Part shown: positions 1 to 11,382 of the stretch, one piece after another | Position numbering within the stretch: position 1 is the stretch's first letter | How the letters are laid out: every line of letters starts with the position of its first letter | Assembly (NCBI GenBank): GCA_964016885.1 | Contig: OZ024740.1 | Span: 137,454,001-137,518,000 of the forward strand | Direction of reading: 5' to 3' | DNA length: 64,000 nucleotides | Source: Eledone cirrhosa | Lineage: Eukaryota | Notes under the pieces: generated by a model | The model's input: only the letters and a program-made list of their open reading frames with translations | Told to the model about the DNA's origin: nothing | Database searches by the model: none | Position numbers and translations under genes: made by a program

Positions 1-302
1 TCTCCAATTCTTTCTTTCTCTAATCACTTTTCCCCCAATCTCCAATTCTCTCTTTCTCTTATCACTTTTCTCTCAATCTCCAATTCTCCTTTTCACTTAT
101 CACTTTTTTCTCAATCTCCAATTCTCTCTTTCTCTTATCACTTTTCTCTCAATCTCCAATTCTCTCTTTCTCTTCTCACTTTTCCCCCAATCTCCAATTC
201 TCTCTTTCTCTTATCACTTTTCTCTCAATTTCCAATTCTCTCTTTCTCTTCTCACTTTTTTCCCAATCTCCAATACTCTCTTTCTCTTCTCACATTTCCC
301 CC

Positions 303-454
303 AATCTCCAATTCTCTCTTTCTCTCATCACGTTTCTCTCAATCTCCAATTCTCTCTTTCTCTCCTCACTTTTCTCTGAATCTCCAATTCTCTCTTTATC
401 TACTCACTTTTCTCTCAATCTCCAAACCTCTCTTTCTGTTCTCAGTTTACTCCC
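303..454. repeat. Diverged 4-monomer cassette A (first of roughly 30 copies)
   Basis: Ordered variants CATCACGTTT / CCTCAC...CTCTG / TTTATC / TCTCAGTTTACTCCC. Recurs e.g. near 4281, 9031, 15521, 22091, 25551, 28591, 39061, 43881, 52561 and 62832. Confidence 0.88.
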
Positions 455-1299
455 AATCTCCAATTCTCTCTTTCTCTTATCACTTTTCTCTCAATCTCCA
501 ATTCTCTCTTTCTCTTATCACTTTTCCCCCAATCTCCGATTCACTCTTTCTATTATCACTTTTCTCTCAATCTCCAATTCTCTCTTTCACTTATCACTTT
601 TTTCTCAATCTCCAATTCTCTCTTTCTCTTATCACTTTTCTCTCAATCTCCAATTCTCTCTTTCTCTCATCACTTTTCCCCCAATCTCCAATTCTCTCTC
701 TCTATTATCACTTTTCTGTCAATCTCCAATTCTCTCTTTCTCTTATCACTTTTCTCTCCATCTCCAAGTCTCTCTTTCTCTTATCACTTTTCTCTCAATC
801 TCCAAATCTCTCTTTCTCTTCTCACTTTTCCCCCAATCTCCAATTCTCTCTTTCTCTTATCACTTTTCCACCAATCTCCAATTCTCTCTTTCTATTATCA
901 CTTTTCTCTCAATCTCCAATTCTCTCTTTCTCTTATCACCTTTCCCCCAATCTCCAATTCTCTCTTTCTGTTATCAATTTTCTCTCAATCTCCAATTCTT
1001 TCTTTCTCTTATCACTTTTCTCTCAATCTCCAATTCTCTCTTTCACTTATCACTTTTTTCTCAATCTCCAATTCTCTCTTTCTCTTATCACATTTCTCTC
1101 AATCTCTAATTCTCTCATTCTCTTATCACTTTTCCCCCAATCTCCAATTCTCTCTTTCTATTATCACTTTTCTCTCAATCTCCAATTCTCTCTTTCTCTT
1201 ATCACTTTTCTCTCAATCTCCAAATCTCTCTTTCTCTTCTTACTTTTCCCCCAATTTCCAATTCTCTCTTTCTCTTCTCACTTTTCCCCCAATCTTCAA

Positions 1300-4200
1300 T
1301 TCTCTCTTTCTCTCATCACTTTTCTCTCAATCTCCAATTCTCTCTTTCTCTTATCACTTTTCTCTCAATCTCCAATTCTCTCTTTCTCTTATCACTTTTA
1401 CCCCATCTCCAATTCTCTCTTTCTCTTATCACTTTTCTCTCAATCTCCAATTCTCTCTTTCTCTTATCACTTTTCCCCCCAATCTCCAATTCTCTCTTTC
1501 TCTTATCACTTTTCTCTCACTCACCAATTCTCTCTTTCTCTTATGACTTTTCCCCCAATCTCCAATTCTCTATTTCTCTTATCCCTTTTCTCTCAATCTC
1601 CAATTCTCTCTTTCTTTTCTCACTTTTCCCCCAATCTCCAATTCTCTCTTTCTCTTCACACTTTTTCCCCAATCTCCAATTCTCTCTTTCTCTTATCACT
1701 TTTCCCCCAATCTCCAATTCTCTCTTTCTCTTATCCCTTTTCTCTCAATCTCCAATTCTCTCTTTCTCTTATCACTTTTCCCCCAATCTCCAATTCTCTC
1801 TTTCTCTTCTCACTTTTCTCCCAATCTCCAATTCTCTCTTTCTCTCATCACTTTTCTCTCAATCTCCAATTCTCTCTTTCTCTTATCACTTTACCCCCAA
1901 TCTCCAATTCTCTCTTTCTCTTATCCCTTTTCTCTCAATCTCCAATTCTCTCTTTCTTTTCTCACTTTTCCCCCAATCTCCAATTCTCTCTTTCTCTTCA
2001 CACTTTTCCCCCAATCTCCAATTCTCTCTTTCTCTTATCACTTTCCCCCCAATCTCCAATTCTCTCTTTCTCTTATCACTTTTCCCCCAATCTCCAATTC
2101 TCTCTTTCTCTAATCACTTTTCCCCCAATCTCCAATTCTCTCTTTCTCTTCTCACTTTTCCCCCAATCTCCAATTCTCTCTTTCTCTCATCACTTTTCTC
2201 TCAATCTCCAATTCTCTCTTTCTCTTATCACTTTTCCCCCAATCAACAATTCTCTCTTTCTCTTATCACTTTTCTCTCACTCTCCAATTCTGTCTTTCTC
2301 TTATCACTTTTCCCCCAATCTCCAATTCTCTCTTTCTCTTATCAATTTTCTCTCAATCTCCAATTCTTTCTTTCTCTAATCACTTTTCCCCCAATCTCCA
2401 ATTCTCTCTTTCTCTTATCACTTTTCTCTCAATCTCCAATTCTCCTTTTCACTTAGCACTTTTTTCTCAATCTCCAATTCTCTCTTTCTCTTATCACTTT
2501 TCTCTCAATCTCCAATTCTCTCTTTCTCTTCTCACTTTTCCCCCAATCTCCAATTCTCTCTTACTCTTATCACTTTTCTCTCAATTTCCAATTCTCTCTT
2601 TCTCTTATCACTTTTCTCTCAATCTCCAATTCTCTCTTTCTCTTCTCACATTTTTCCCAATCTCCAATACTCTCTTTCTCTTCTCACATTTCCCCCAATC
2701 TCCAATTCTCTCTTTCTCTCATCACGTTTCTCTCAATCTCCAATTCTCTCTTTCTCTCATCACTTTTCTCTCAATCTCCAATTCTCTCTTTCTCTTATCA
2801 CTTTTCTCTCAATCTCCAATTCTCTCTTTCTCTTATCACTTTTACCCCATCTCCAATTCTCTCTTTCTCTTATCACTTTTCTCTCAATCTCCAATTCTCT
2901 CTTTCTCTTATCACTTTTCCCCCCAATCTCCAATTCTCTCTTTCTCTTATCACTTTTCTCTCACTCACCAATTCTCTCTTTCTCTTATGACTTTTCCCCC
3001 AATCTCCAATTCTCTATTTCTCTTATCCCTTTTCTCTCAATCTCCAATTCTCTCTTTCTTTTCTCACTTTTCCCCCAATCTCCAATTCTCTCTTTCTCTT
3101 CACACTTTTTCCCCAATCTCCAATTCTCTCTTTCTCTTATCACTTTTCCCCCAATCTCCAATTCTCTCTTTCTCTTATCCCTTTTCTCTCAATCTCCAAT
3201 TCTCTCTTTCTCTTATCACTTTTCCCCCAATCTCCAATTCTCTCTTTCTCTTCTCACTTTTCTCCCAATCTCCAATTCTCTCTTTCTCTCATCACTTTTC
3301 TCTCAATCTCCAATTCTCTCTTTCTCTTATCACTTTACCCCCAATCTCCAATTCTCTCTTTCTCTTATCCCTTTTCTCTCAATCTCCAATTCTCTCTTTC
3401 TTTTCTCACTTTTCCCCCAATCTCCAATTCTCTCTTTCTCTTCACACTTTTCCCCCAATCTCCAATTCTCTCTTTCTCTTATCACTTTCCCCCCAATCTC
3501 CAATTCTCTCTTTCTCTTATCACTTTTCCCCCAATCTCCAATTCTCTCTTTCTCTAATCACTTTTCCCCCAATCTCCAATTCTCTCTTTCTCTTCTCACT
3601 TTTCCCCCAATCTCCAATTCTCTCTTTCTCTCATCACTTTTCTCTCAATCTCCAATTCTCTCTTTCTCTTATCACTTTTCCCCCAATCAACAATTCTCTC
3701 TTTCTCTTATCACTTTTCTCTCACTCTCCAATTCTGTCTTTCTCTTATCACTTTTCCCCCAATCTCCAATTCTCTCTTTCTCTTATCAATTTTCTCTCAA
3801 TCTCCAATTCTTTCTTTCTCTAATCACTTTTCCCCCAATCTCCAATTCTCTCTTTCTCTTATCACTTTTCTCTCAATCTCCAATTCTCCTTTTCACTTAT
3901 CACTTTTTTCTCAATCTCCAATTCTCTCTTTCTCTTATCACTTTTCTCTCAATCTCCAATTCTCTCTTTCTCTTCTCACTTTTCCCCCAATCTCCAATTC
4001 TCTCTTACTCTTATCACTTTTCTCTCAATTTCCAATTCTCTCTTTCTCTTATCACTTTTCTCTCAATCTCCAATTCTCTCTTTCTCTTCTCACATTTTTC
4101 CCAATCTCCAATACTCTCTTTCTCTTCTCACATTTCCCCCAATCTCCAATTCTCTCTTTCTCTCATCACGTTTCTCTCAATCTCCAATTCTCTCTTTCTC
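1300..4200. repeat. Tandem duplication, period 1444 bp (38 monomers)
   Basis: Identical translated ORFs at 1543 and 2987 (offset 1444 = 38x38). Rare variants CACTCACCAATT, AATCAACAATT and ATTCTGTCTT occur in both copies. Confidence 0.93.
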
Positions 4201-4744
4201 TCCTCACTTTTCTCTGAATCTCCAATTCTCTCTTTATCTACTCACTTTTCTCTCAATCTCCAAACCTCTCTTTCTGTTCTCAGTTTACTCCCAATCTCCA
4301 ATTCTCTCTTTCTCTTATCACTTTTCTCTCAATCTCCAATTCTCTCTTTCTCTTATCACTTTTCCCCCAATCTCCGATTCACTCTTTCTATTATCACTTT
4401 TCTCTCAATCTCCAATTCTCTCTTACACTTATCACTTTTTTCTCAATCTCCAATTCTCTCTTTCTCTTATCACTTTTCTCTCAATCTCCAATTCTCTCTT
4501 TCTCTCATCACTTTTCCCCCAATCTCCAATTCTCTCTCTCTATTATCACTTTTCTGTCAATCTCCAATTCTCTCTTTCTCTTATCACTTTTCTCTCCATC
4601 TCCAAGTCTCTCTTTCTCTTATCACTTTTCTCTCAATCTCCAAATCTCTCTTTCTCTTCTCACTTTTCCCCCAATCTCCAATTCTCTCTTTCTCTTATCA
4701 CTTTTCCACCAATCTCCAATTCTCTCTTTCTATTATCACTTTTC

Positions 4745-7700
4745 TCTCAATCTCCAATTCTCTCTTTCTCTTATCACCTTTCCCCCAATCTCCAATTCTC
4801 TCTTTCTGTTATCAATTTTCTCTCAATCTCCAATTCTTTCTTTCTCTTATCACTTTTCTCTCAATCTCCAATTCTCTCTTTCACTTATCACTTTTTTCTC
4901 AATCTCCAATTCTCTCTTTCTCTTATCACATTTCTCTCAATCTCTAATTCTCTCATTCTCTTATCACTTTTCCCCCAATCTCCAATTCTCTCTTTCTATT
5001 ATCACTTTTCTCTCAATCTCCAATTCTCTCTTTCTCTTATCACTTTTCTCTCAATCTCCAAATCTCTCTTTCTCTTCTCACTTTTCCCCCAATTTCCAAT
5101 TCTCTCTTTCTCTTCTCACTTTTCCCCCAATCTCCAATTCTCTCTTTCTCTCATCACTTTTCTCTCAATCTCCAATTCTCTCTTTCTCTTATCACTTTTC
5201 TCTCAATCTCCAATTCTCTCTTTCTCTTATCACTTTTACCCCATCTCCAATTCTCTCTTTCTCTTATCACTTTTCTCTCAATCTCCAATTCTCTCTTTCT
5301 CTTATCACTTTTCCCCCCAATCTCCAATTCTCTCTTTCTCTTATCACTTTTCTCTCACTCTCCAATTCTCTCTTTCTCTTATGACTTTTCCCCCAATCTC
5401 CAATTCTCTATTTCTCTTATCCCTTTTCTCTCAATCTCCAATTCTCTCTTTCTTTTCTCACTTTTCCCCCAATCTCCAATTCTCTCTTTCTCTTATCACT
5501 TTTCCCCCAATCTCCAATTCTCTCTTTCTCTTATCCCTTTTCTCTCAATCTCCAATTCTCTCTTTCTTTTCTCACTTTTCCCCCAAACTCCAATTCTCTC
5601 TTTCTTTTCACACTTTTCCCCCAATCTCCAATTCTCTCTTTCTCTTATCACTTTTCCCCCAATCTCCAATTCTCTCTTTCTCTTATCCCTTTTCTCTCAA
5701 TCTCCAATTCTCTCTTTCTCTTATCACTTTTACCCCAATCTCCAATTCTCTCTCTCTCTCATCACTTTTCTCTCAATCTCCAATTCTCTCTTTCTCTTAT
5801 CACTTTTCCACCAATCTCCAATTCTCTCTTTCTATTATCACTTTTCTCTCAATCTCCAATTCTCTCTTTCTCTTATCACCTTTCCCCCAATCTCCAATTT
5901 TCTCTTTCTGTTAGCAATTTTCTCTCAATCTCCAATTCTTTCTTTCTCTTATCACTTTTCTCTCAATCTCCAATTCTCTCTTTCTCTTATCACATTTCTC
6001 TCAATCTCTAATTCTCTTATTCTCTTATCACTTTTCCCCCAATCTCCAATTCTCTCTTTCTATTATCACTTTTCTCTCAATCTCCAATTCTCTCTTTCTC
6101 TTATCACTTTTCTCTCATTCTCCAAATCTCTCTTTCTCTTCTCACTTTTCCCCCAATCTCCAATTCTCTCTTTCTCTTATCCCTTTTCTCTCAATCTCCA
6201 ATTCTCTCTTTATTTTCTCACTTTTCCCCCAATCTCCAATTCTCTCTTTCTATTATCACTTTTCTCTCAATCTCCAATTCTCTCTTTCTCTTATCACTTT
6301 TCTCTCATTCTCCAAATCTCTCTTTCTCTTCTCACTTTTCCCCCAATCTCCAATTCTCTCTTTCTCTTATCCCTTTTCTCTCAATCTCCAATTCTCTCTT
6401 TATTTTCTCACTTTTCCCCCAATCTCCAATTCTCTCTTTCTCTTATCACTTTTCTCTCAATCTCCAATTCTCTCTTTCTCTTATCACTTTTCTCTCAATC
6501 TCCAATTCTCTCTTTCTCTTCTCACTTTTTCCCCAATCTCCAATTCTCTCTTTCTCTTCTCACATTTTCGCCAATCTCCAATTCTCTCTTTCTCTCATCA
6601 CGTTTCTCTCAATCTCCAATTCTCTTTTTCTCTCCTCACTTTTCTCTGAATCTCCAATTCTCTCTTTATCTTCTCACTTTTCTCTCAATCTCCAATCCTC
6701 TCTTTCTGTTCTCAGTTTACTCCCAATCTCCAATTCTCTCTTTCTCTTATCACTTTTCTCTCAATCTCCAATTCTCTCTTTCTCTTATCACTTTTCCCCC
6801 AATCTCCAATTCACTCTTTCTATTATCACTTTTCTCTCAATCTCCAATTCTCTCTTTCTCTTATCACCTTTCCCCCAATCTCCAATTCTCTCTTTCTCTT
6901 ATCTCTTTTCTCTCAATCTCCAATTCTTTCTTTCTCTTATGACTTTTCCCCCAATCTCCAATTCTCTCTTTCTGTTATCAATTTTCTCTCAATCTCCAAT
7001 TCTTTCTTTCTCTTATCACTTTTCTCTCAATCTCCAATTCTCTCTTTCACTTATCACTTTTTTCTCAATCTCCAATTCTCTCTTTCTCTTATCACCTTTC
7101 CCCCAATCTCCAATTCTCTCTTTCTGTTATCAATTTTCTCTCAATCTCCAATTCTTTCTTTCTCTTATCACTTTTCTCTCAATCTCCAATTCTCTCTTTC
7201 ACTTATCACTTTTTTCTCAATCTCCAATTCTCTCTTTCTCTTATCACATTTCTCTCAATCTCTAATTCTCTCATTCTCTTATCACTTTTCCCCCAATCTC
7301 CAATTCTCTCTTTCTATTATCACTTTTCTCTCAATCTCCAATTCTCTCTTTCTCTTATCACTTTTCTCTCAATCTCCAAATCTCTCTTTCTCTTCTCACT
7401 TTTCCCCCAATTTCCAATTCTCTCTTTCTCTTCTCACTTTTCCCCCAATCTCCAATTCTCTCTTTCTCTCATCACTTTTCTCTCAATCTCCAATTCTCTC
7501 TTTCTCTTATCACTTTTCTCTCAATCTCCAATTCTCTCTTTCTCTTATCACTTTTACCCCATCTCCAATTCTCTCTTTCTCTTATCACTTTTCTCTCAAT
7601 CTCCAATTCTCTCTTTCTCTTATCACTTTTCCCCCCAATCTCCAATTCTCTCTTTCTCTTATCACTTTTCTCTCACTCTCCAATTCTCTCTTTCTCTTAT

Positions 7701-9298
7701 GACTTTTCCCCCAATCTCCAATTCTCTATTTCTCTTATCCCTTTTCTCTCAATCTCCAATTCTCTCTTTCTTTTCTCACTTTTCCCCCAATCTCCAATTC
7801 TCTCTTTCTCTTATCACTTTTCCCCCAATCTCCAATTCTCTCTTTCTCTTATCCCTTTTCTCTCAATCTCCAATTCTCTCTTTCTTTTCTCACTTTTCCC
7901 CCAAACTCCAATTCTCTCTTTCTTTTCACACTTTTCCCCCAATCTCCAATTCTCTCTTTCTCTTATCACTTTTCCCCCAATCTCCAATTCTCTCTTTCTC
8001 TTATCCCTTTTCTCTCAATCTCCAATTCTCTCTTTCTCTTATCACTTTTACCCCAATCTCCAATTCTCTCTCTCTCTCATCACTTTTCTCTCAATCTCCA
8101 ATTCTCTCTTTCTCTTATCACTTTTCCACCAATCTCCAATTCTCTCTTTCTATTATCACTTTTCTCTCAATCTCCAATTCTCTCTTTCTCTTATCACCTT
8201 TCCCCCAATCTCCAATTTTCTCTTTCTGTTAGCAATTTTCTCTCAATCTCCAATTCTTTCTTTCTCTTATCACTTTTCTCTCAATCTCCAATTCTCTCTT
8301 TCTCTTATCACATTTCTCTCAATCTCTAATTCTCTTATTCTCTTATCACTTTTCCCCCAATCTCCAATTCTCTCTTTCTATTATCACTTTTCTCTCAATC
8401 TCCAATTCTCTCTTTCTCTTATCACTTTTCTCTCATTCTCCAAATCTCTCTTTCTCTTCTCACTTTTCCCCCAATCTCCAATTCTCTCTTTCTCTTATCC
8501 CTTTTCTCTCAATCTCCAATTCTCTCTTTATTTTCTCACTTTTCCCCCAATCTCCAATTCTCTCTTTCTATTATCACTTTTCTCTCAATCTCCAATTCTC
8601 TCTTTCTCTTATCACTTTTCTCTCATTCTCCAAATCTCTCTTTCTCTTCTCACTTTTCCCCCAATCTCCAATTCTCTCTTTCTCTTATCCCTTTTCTCTC
8701 AATCTCCAATTCTCTCTTTATTTTCTCACTTTTCCCCCAATCTCCAATTCTCTCTTTCTCTTATCACTTTTCTCTCAATCTCCAATTCTCTCTTTCTCTT
8801 ATCACTTTTCTCTCAATCTCCAATTCTCTCTTTCTCTTCTCACTTTTTCCCCAATCTCCAATTCTCTCTTTCTCTTCTCACATTTTCGCCAATCTCCAAT
8901 TCTCTCTTTCTCTCATCACGTTTCTCTCAATCTCCAATTCTCTTTTTCTCTCCTCACTTTTCTCTGAATCTCCAATTCTCTCTTTATCTTCTCACTTTTC
9001 TCTCAATCTCCAATCCTCTCTTTCTGTTCTCAGTTTACTCCCAATCTCCAATTCTCTCTTTCTCTTATCACTTTTCTCTCAATCTCCAATTCTCTCTTTC
9101 TCTTATCACTTTTCCCCCAATCTCCAATTCACTCTTTCTATTATCACTTTTCTCTCAATCTCCAATTCTCTCTTTCTCTTATCACCTTTCCCCCAATCTC
9201 CAATTCTCTCTTTCTCTTATCTCTTTTCTCTCAATCTCCAATTCTTTCTTTCTCTTATGACTTTTCCCCCAATCTCCAATTCTCTCTTTCTGTTATCA
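4745..9298. repeat. Tandem duplication, period 2318 bp (61 monomers)
   Basis: Identical ORFs at 5381/7699 and matching starts at 6939/9257 (offset 2318 = 61x38). Shared rare variants include CTGTTAGCAATT, CATTTTCGCC and CCCCAAACTC. Confidence 0.93.
6040..6430. repeat. Nested 190-bp (5-monomer) tandem duplication, also present in the second 2318-bp copy (~8360-8750)
   Basis: TCTCTCATTCTCCAAATCTC at 6111 and 6301 and TATTATCACT at 6061 and 6251. The same pair occurs near 8430 and 8620. Confidence 0.88.
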
Positions 9299-9804
9299 CT
9301 TTTCTCTCAATCTCCAATTCTCTCTTTCACTTATCACTTTTTTCTCAATCTCCAATTCTCTCTTTCTCTTATCACTTTTCTCTCAATCTCCAATTCTCTC
9401 TTTCTCTTATCACTTTTCCCCCAATCTCCAATTATCTCTTTCTATTGTCACTTTTCTGTCAATCTCCAATTCTCTCTTTCTCTTATCACTTTTCTCTCCA
9501 TCTCCAATTCTCTCTTTCTATTATCACTTTTCTCTCAATCTCCAATTCTCTCTTTCTCTTATCACTTTTCTCTCAATCCCCAATTCTCTCTTTCTCTTAT
9601 CACTTTTCTCTCCATCTCCAAGTCCGTCTTTCTCTTATCACTTTTCTCTCAATCTCCAAATCTCTCTTTCTCTTCTCACTTTTCCCCCAATCTCCAATTC
9701 TCTCTTTCTCTAATCACTTTTCCCCCAATCTCCAATTCTCTCTCTTTCTCTTATCACTTTTCTCTCAATCTCCAATTCTCTCTTTCTCTTATCACTTTTC
9801 CCCC

Positions 9805-9918
9805 AAACTCCAATTCTCTCTTTCTCTTCTCACTTTTCTCTGAATCTCCAATTCTCTCTTTGTCTTCTCACTTTTCTGTCAATCTCCAATCCTCTCTTTC
9901 TGTTCTCAGTTTACCCCC
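9805..9918. repeat. Diverged 3-monomer cassette B, paralogous to cassette A (first of roughly 15 copies)
   Basis: Ordered variants CTCTG / TTTGTCTTCTCACTTTTCTGTC / AATCCTC...CTGTTCTCAGTTTACCCCCTATC. Recurs near 14.1, 20.7, 24.7, 27.7, 33.3, 37.1, 40.9, 43.6, 46.6, 50.5, 52.3, 55.3, 58.9 and 62.6 kb. Confidence 0.88.
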
Positions 9919-11382
9919 TATCTCCAATTCTCTCTTTCTCTCATCACTTTTCTCTCAATCTCCAATTCGCTCTTTCTCTTATCACTTTTCTCTCAACTCC
10001 AATTCTCTCTTTCTCTTATCACTTTTCCCCCATCTCCAATTCTCTCTTTCTCTTATCACTTTTCTCTCAATCTCCAATTCTCTCTTTCTCTTATCACTTT
10101 TCTCTCAATCTCCAATTCTCTCTTTCTCTTATCACCTTTCTCTCAATCTCCAATTCTCTCTTTCTCTTATCACTTTTCTCTCAATCTCCAATTCTCTCTT
10201 TCTCAAATCACTTTTCTCTCAATCTCCTATTCTCTCTTTCTCTTATCACTTTTCTCTCAATCTCCAATTCCCTCTTTCTCTTATCACTTTTCTCTCAATC
10301 TCTAATTCTCTCTTTCTCATATCACTTTTCTCTCAATCTCCAATTCTCTCTTTCACTTATCCCTTTTCTCTCAATCTCCAATTCTCTCTTTCTCTTATCA
10401 CTTTTACCCCAATCTCCAATTCTCTCTTTCTCTCATCACTTTTCTCTCAATCTCCAATTCTCTCTTTCTCTTATCACTTTTCCCCCAATCTCCAATTCTC
10501 TCTTTCTCTTATCACTTTTCTCTCAATCTCCAATTCTCTCTTTATTTTCTCACTTTCCCCCAATCTCCAATTCTCTCTTTCTCTTCACACTTTTCCCCCA
10601 ATCTCAATTCTCTCTTTCTCTTATCACTTTTCCCCCAATCTCCAATTCTCTCTTTCTCTTATCACTTTTCTCTCAATCTCCAATTCTCTCTTTCTCTTAT
10701 CACTTTTCTCTCAATCTCCAATTCTCTCTTTCTCTTCTCACTTTTTCCCCAATCTCCAATTCTCTCTTTCTCTTCTCACATTTTCCCCAATCTTCAATTC
10801 TCTCTTTCTCTCATCACGTTTCTCTCAATCTCCAATTCTCTCTTTCTCTCCTCACTTTTCTCTGAATCTCCAATTCTCTCTTTATCTTCTCACTTTTCTC
10901 TCAATCTCCAATCCTCTCTTTCTATTCTCAGTTTACTCCCAATCTCCAATTCTCTCTTTCTCTTATCACTTTTCTCTCAATCTCCAATTCTCTCTTTCTC
11001 TTATCACTTTTCCCCCAATCTCCAATTCACTCTTTCTATTATCACTTTTCTCTCAATCTCCAATTCTCTCTTTCTCTTATCACCTTTCCCCCAATCTCCA
11101 ATTCTCTCTTTCTCTTATCTCTTTTCTCTCAATCTCCAATTCTCTCTTTCTTTTCTCACTTTTCCCCCAATCTCCGATTCTCTCTTTCTCTTCACACTTT
11201 TCCCCCAATCTCCAATTCTCTCTTTCTCTTATCACTTTTCCCCCAATCTCCAATTCTCTCTTTCTCTTATCCCTTTTCTCTCAATCTCCAATTCTCTCTT
11301 TCTTTTCTCACTTTTCCACCAATCTCCAATTCTCTCTTTCTTTTCACACTTTTCCCCCAATCTGCAATTCTCTCTTTCTCTT

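Larger units (their letters stand above)
1..5460. repeat. Repeat of the ~1-1620 block at offset 3800-3838 bp (a 62-63-monomer unit plus the internal 1444-bp duplication)
   Basis: The window start TCTCCAATTCTTTCTTTCTCTAATCAC recurs at 2357 and 3801. Cassette 303-454 recurs at 4141-4292 (offset 3838 = 101x38). ATGACT at 1543 recurs at 5381. 3838-1444 = 2394 = 63x38. Confidence 0.85.

Noticed and set aside
32-38. CCCCAA, matching the Tetrahymena-type telomeric repeat
   Set aside because: It occurs once per CCCCC-class monomer, is never tandem, and is an incidental junction sequence.
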